Of a stretch of DNA of 64,000 nt, positions 62,501 through 64,000 are shown piece by piece; within the stretch, counting starts at the first letter, position 1, and each line of letters begins with the position of its first letter. Where the stretch lies: the IMG/VR virus record IMGVR_UViG_3300021961_000064. One strand, written 5' to 3'. This DNA comes from an uncultured virus (IMG/VR IMGVR_UViG_3300021961_000064). Taxonomy: Duplodnaviria > Heunggongvirae > Uroviricota > Caudoviricetes. The translations under genes and the position numbers were made by a program. Under the pieces are notes generated by a model. The model was not told the origin of the DNA, did no database searches, and saw only the letters and a list, made by a program, of their open reading frames with translations.

Positions 62501-64000
62501 TGCATTTAGAGTAAATGTATCAAAATACTCTACTGTACCTGTAATCTTAGAAGATTCTCCAGTTATTTTATCTCCCAAACGAAGTTGTCCATAAGACTCG
62601 GATATTCTCAATTGATTTAGATCATTATTCCAACCATCCTCCATTGCTACGCCGTAGAAAGTAGGAGCCGTAACTTTTTCTTTAGAGAAATATTTTACAT
62701 CATCTGACAAATTCATTTCGAGGATAGGCATATCCTTCTTATTGATAACATACCCTAAAGTAATATCAGAATCGTATGTACCAAATGCACCTGTAGAAAT
62801 GCCTGCCATACTATAGGTTACTGTTCCGTTATTTTCATTAACAGATGTAACTGTAAAGAAAGCATAATCATAAGCAGAAGAATTATAGTTTGCAAGATGT
62901 CTTGTTGAAGCAGTTAATCTACAAGACTCAACAAAAATTTCATCTCCAACAGCAAATGGGAATACAGTTTCAGTTCTACCAAAACCAATAGGGATTAGAT
63001 CCAAATTGGTCAATTCTAATGTAACATTATCTCCACTAGTTTGGATGAAGTCAATATCATATCCATTTGAATTATACAAAGAATATATTTCAAGTGGGCT
63101 GCTGAGATTTGTAACATTTTGCAAAATATTCACATTGGTAATTGACCCGCCAGAAACTTCTGCGGATAATTTTATATCCGTATTATCCTTTACATATAAT
63201 TTTGGTGGATTATTATAATTTCGGCCCCCAGTTTGAATTCCAATACTTTCTATTGTTCTTATATCTTTTACTCCAACAATAGTTGGAACACTTAATGAAG
63301 GTGTAAGAGTTGGATCGGTTGGATAATCAAATCCATCTTTAACCCTTTCATATGTCTCCACAGATCCAATTCTTGGAGAAGTCAATTTTACAATTGCATT
63401 TTTTCCATTATCGGAAATAATACCATTAACATATGGTAAAGAAGAATATCCCTTTCCACCAAAGTTGATTTTAAGTTTATCGATAGGACCGGATGCAGAT
63501 TTGGAGTCCGTGCTGTAAGAAATATTTGTGGCGTTATAAGAAAGTTCTTCCTCGGGAGTGGCCTTGCCTTTCAAGTTTACTGAGAATGTTTTATCGGAAG
63601 ATACATTGATTTGGAATCTTCTCTGCAAAATATGTGGTCTCAATACAATCTTATTGTATCCGTTAACTTCCTTATCGGAAGATATTTGATTCTTTCTTTC
63701 ATCAATTGGACTCTTTGGAATCAAAGTATAATAAATTAATTGTGGAAATAGTTCATTGGCAGTATTCAAAGTTACATTAGAATCAACATTTCCAGGGATT
63801 CCCTGTCGAACAACTGAGAACGTGTTTCTTGTTGCACCAATAAGTTCGATTCTTCTTTGGAAATCGGGATCTTCAAAAAATTCCAAGTCCATATCAAGTA
63901 GACTCGAATCTGAGAGATCAAATTTAAGAATATCATTCTTAACCGCAGTGATTGGAGGATTTAATGAATATAGATAGTGGGTTCCGCCAGCAGGAGCAGT
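53564..64000 (-). CDS. gp7: Giant baseplate wedge initiator (gp7-like); 5' end lies beyond the window
   Basis: Frame is open from 64000 (TAPAGGTHYLYSLNPP...) into the tracked ORF; DNFYYQKFSYSIKS...HPSGF wedge motif; directly upstream of gp8. Confidence 0.8.
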   Translation of the reverse strand, partial: TAPAGGTHYLYSLNPPITAVKNDILKFDLSDSSLLDMDLEFFEDPDFQRRIELIGATRNTFSVVRQGIPGNVDSNVTLNTANELFPQLIYYTLIPKSPIDERKNQISSDKEVNGYNKIVLRPHILQRRFQINVSSDKTFSVNLKGKATPEEELSYNATNISYSTDSKSASGPIDKLKINFGGKGYSSLPYVNGIISDNGKNAIVKLTSPRIGSVETYERVKDGFDYPTDPTLTPSLSVPTIVGVKDIRTIESIGIQTGGRNYNNPPKLYVKDNTDIKLSAEVSGGSITNVNILQNVTNLSSPLEIYSLYNSNGYDIDFIQTSGDNVTLELTNLDLIPIGFGRTETVFPFAVGDEIFVESCRLTASTRHLANYNSSAYDYAFFTVTSVNENNGTVTYSMAGISTGAFGTYDSDITLGYVINKKDMPILEMNLSDDVKYFSKEKVTAPTFYGVAMEDGWNNDLNQLRISESYGQLRLGDKITGESSKITGTVEYFDTFTLNATLGVSRDKVGQIDNAVGILNEFQQRIADNFYYQKFSYSIKSTIPYSKWRESVRSIIHPSGFKEFSDLELITKPSLESTNVGISKSTNLKPSVLASASQFLVNLDNVASLNQRDNFALVYEEDFLPDGAVERVYFNEGVALRNYILNKTNKVLKIDDISNQFDGTSSQALRGRYADASDMLNLNREFIQEEVVSFVEYNYPNIGSNSTYDRETCKRDVGYIIDAIAHDIKYNSNNKSVEAGLAYWNAGSSYVSNETEETLFAYNYVKFLSQYVINNQSPPTLYQTAVDQEFNFALIQDPTNETLYRNKDARNLIVANKKEILDKSLASIAVSFPDFYFPGDNQTNGRSRYYDGYRLIQQNRQEIIDTTWSNLILTYPDVSSTQDKCKRDIGYFVDAISTDIFTGGNKYSREFVQKYFDVSGTTPISNGLVGEETQSIYAFEQARDLMKSAVRNGLTIKDLTVTAGPPVVGVGSTVSNTSTSACQDVQNNISTLVSLVTIVIGAGNTASLPSINVGTYTTGGLKCYRDLGYIIDAVAEDVNYGTNQHIIYATKKYFSGAGVALTTGLIGEEQESVVAFHSLRDYCSKAVTNQLNVRDLTIVADPVTGFNTDPNSCANIRSNISNLVGILTSAVISGSLSGIPTTNIGSTDCADVRSAIVNYVGIVTTIVGLGSNFAPTSITYPSLSRGGSIVGLSTFKLKNKGFPLFKREFSGLSTTVIDLQGNQFVLPNHNFQSGQELIYSYTGNPIGIATTSYVSGDVDVITGIGSINGGAILQNGYNNDVGAEIGISTVLVPVGPTSKVVLSAIGNGDLSGVNATFDVLITYSASTGNALSTSITLKTGGSQFVVGETVSIAGTYMGGATPTNDLSFVVTSTTATQIQAQANASYVNIPSSVTGVGSEALFTVTRDNDGRLENVFIVNGGSGYASTSLVSIAGTYIGGVAPNDDISFYPSFLGTNKLPRSLFVYKIDDNKFKVSGLSTSVFVDLLSYGTGTHTLEYKEPNSSVVITVDGVIQGPLRRKSLEVSLGDPVSSASTTVLTISSGINSLSNGDVINIDQEYVSIKTIGVIAEDKVEVERGYLGTNSGVHTIGAASTVLNGDFNIVGDTLYFTTPPYGKIGPAGLQTGSIFAGRVLSRQFDPSKPQDKNVILDDISLSFTGIAATEFTVKVNGNTTTSLFNDVNSGVDINNNPILLINNVFQEPRTDYTIDGTSENVIRFLTGTPSAGRISKVTQSSNYGYIPFKGATAVANVSVAGTISSIDIIGIGSGYRLPPSVSIASTIGYGASATASVGASGTITGFTIVNAGSGYTTSSPPEVVIGIPTGYSNLGVAYTGGTSGVGQNAKVSVVVGQGSSVISFKIDNPGIGYKVGDILKVPDLLTRTGFRSDILNISNFTYDNITGINTVTTTDVHGLSQNDVVRLAGAAFTCGYDEVGIKSFSYDNATGICTVTTYSPHGVLRTDVDENKTSTEVFLHNLPFACAEEHSGITTTIFPDGTSPYGKVFPALTSIGNTVFTINAGVSTIPHIFVGWPEIGISTFVYDNLTGISTVTTVQPHQINANDMVTLKDLPFSCTSIGSTFNIIGVDYNNYAGITTIILDSDHGYLVGDYARLADIEFSCDSWLGISTSNITNLTYDEVSGIVTVTTDANHGIDAGGYVKLDGIQLSCDSWTGISTLNVVNFDYLNFVGLCTLTLSGDHGIEPGEYVRVENILLSCPPVTAGLTSTLFPYPAGINTFGNPYPQSSPNTLANTYNVFKTVAGTAGSTITINAGISTIDHTYVSGGTVTIGISTTLFPYDGSSQKSLTGTNNVFKTTSGTSGNTIVVDVGVSTIAHTYVSGGTATAGITSTIFPYVGSSTSFAFNSYDTFEIVGVPTTNKFNIFVGVSTIAHTYVSGGTAVLGVTTSIFPDGTSEYGYTFRVTGVGSSTTFTINSGISTIPHEFLGYGQVGVSTFTYTESTGISTVVTSTSHGLSVGDYVTLDGLEFSCAVEHAGITTTIFPDGTSPYGKTFLVSYVASNKSFTFNAGISTIAHNYVSGGTAQKVSITKKVPTTQRVLRFPDVSTDGAYDFRVTSVGSTNQFTFLSAGSTISHYYTQSGIVSFRQFEEFTFEVEEVQTDKFTGLYPGQFIKFDDISQYFNGFRKKFTLSITNNNVKEVISLRTPQGSDLDITNNIFIYVNDILQSPGDSYTFSGSRVSFKEAPKENSTCTILYFRGSSVDVEDVEPPKTIKEGDFIQIRENKDDLLDTDQFDRVVKTIVSSDQLDTFTYDSLGINTNPTKIRPLKWQKQTRDRVISGVLYSKARPSLNSRIVPNAYVIKKVLPDDVEIYVDNAFPIFTDIDTLSEDKRNIKICETREISPAIGTCVVSSSSTISSIQISSGGVGYAYTSNPVITVSQSAITKKDPIKNWRTVSGLSTTHILNSVDHGNVFVSVGNSGAFAYSYDGADWQSDYIGYGNTVSFGVVSCGGTNIFMAGGGYGYVVKSVGYAQTITSWEKLNIIEEIFVPQFGVIGFTSSTYNETINDIVYNPQLDTWTMVGVATAIGAVFGASGIGTSVFTRRFTGTTKSLNSLAVGLSQIVAVGDDGVVIRSTNNSIWDTLGSVTFAKLNKVIFVGDRFIAVGNNGTIIRTADYSGQPGVPDPSSFELLGTSLIPGDIVDIFYNDFYVALNSIGDLYYSFDLINWVYRPTDQLNSLNSIRFVSEVGLEGRYVSVGVNTAIYAEPIFNRATAVSNVTAGVVTSISILDGGFGYSTSNPPSVLIEPDPVKTELVKSVKALGDFGRVIGINTFLAGTPGIGTTTPKVQFILQSDYYDNSTLGIGYSSLNSFNVTYSQLSKGDYFVIRNSNVTTGHPIIGITTSLGGMANYPTSKIGTATTFLDGVYRVEDVQTSVGVGASAGVTTVTCNLAPKSPNDNYVEIYKRGADNSGINTNGSSGTLPFYGNYSWGKLYDYQNRVLGAPETFEVYNDNGIVGIQTNPQAFRTRPV

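Noticed and set aside
143..63977. All plus-strand ORFs in the track (e.g. 877-1197, 6679-7008, 10420-10839, 30389-30823)
   Set aside because: They are antisense shadows of well-supported minus-strand genes, with no recognisable motifs; 6679-7008 simply mirrors the Glu-rich stretch of gp22.

Overview
This window is the virion-morphogenesis block of a T4-like cyanomyovirus (Kyanoviridae-type cyanophage), and all credible genes lie on the minus strand. In transcription order it holds: a giant gp7-like baseplate wedge (5'-truncated), gp8, VrlC, small virion genes, a 1481-aa repeat protein, a 3644-aa tail fibre with an S74 chaperone, a fibre-accessory/2OG-Fe(II) oxygenase cassette, gp13-gp16, a cargo-like insert, gp17-gp23, gp3, uvsY, uvsW, gp55 and gp47 (3'-truncated). 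Four observations stand out. (1) Five phycobiliprotein-like helical domains are embedded in the tail fibre (2) and gp7 (3). They keep both the CxRD bilin-site Cys and a beta-155-like Cys, which suggests a possibly bilin-bearing virion. (2) Several repeat families are recursively nested ('matryoshka') rather than tandem. (3) An unannotated 56-aa NblA-like gene lies between gp16 and gp17. (4) Beside it is a candidate prohead-protease-processed polyprotein and a protein with a capsid-targeting-like N-terminus. All family calls come from motif recognition and synteny by eye, and reference sequences are recalled from memory; no searches were run.
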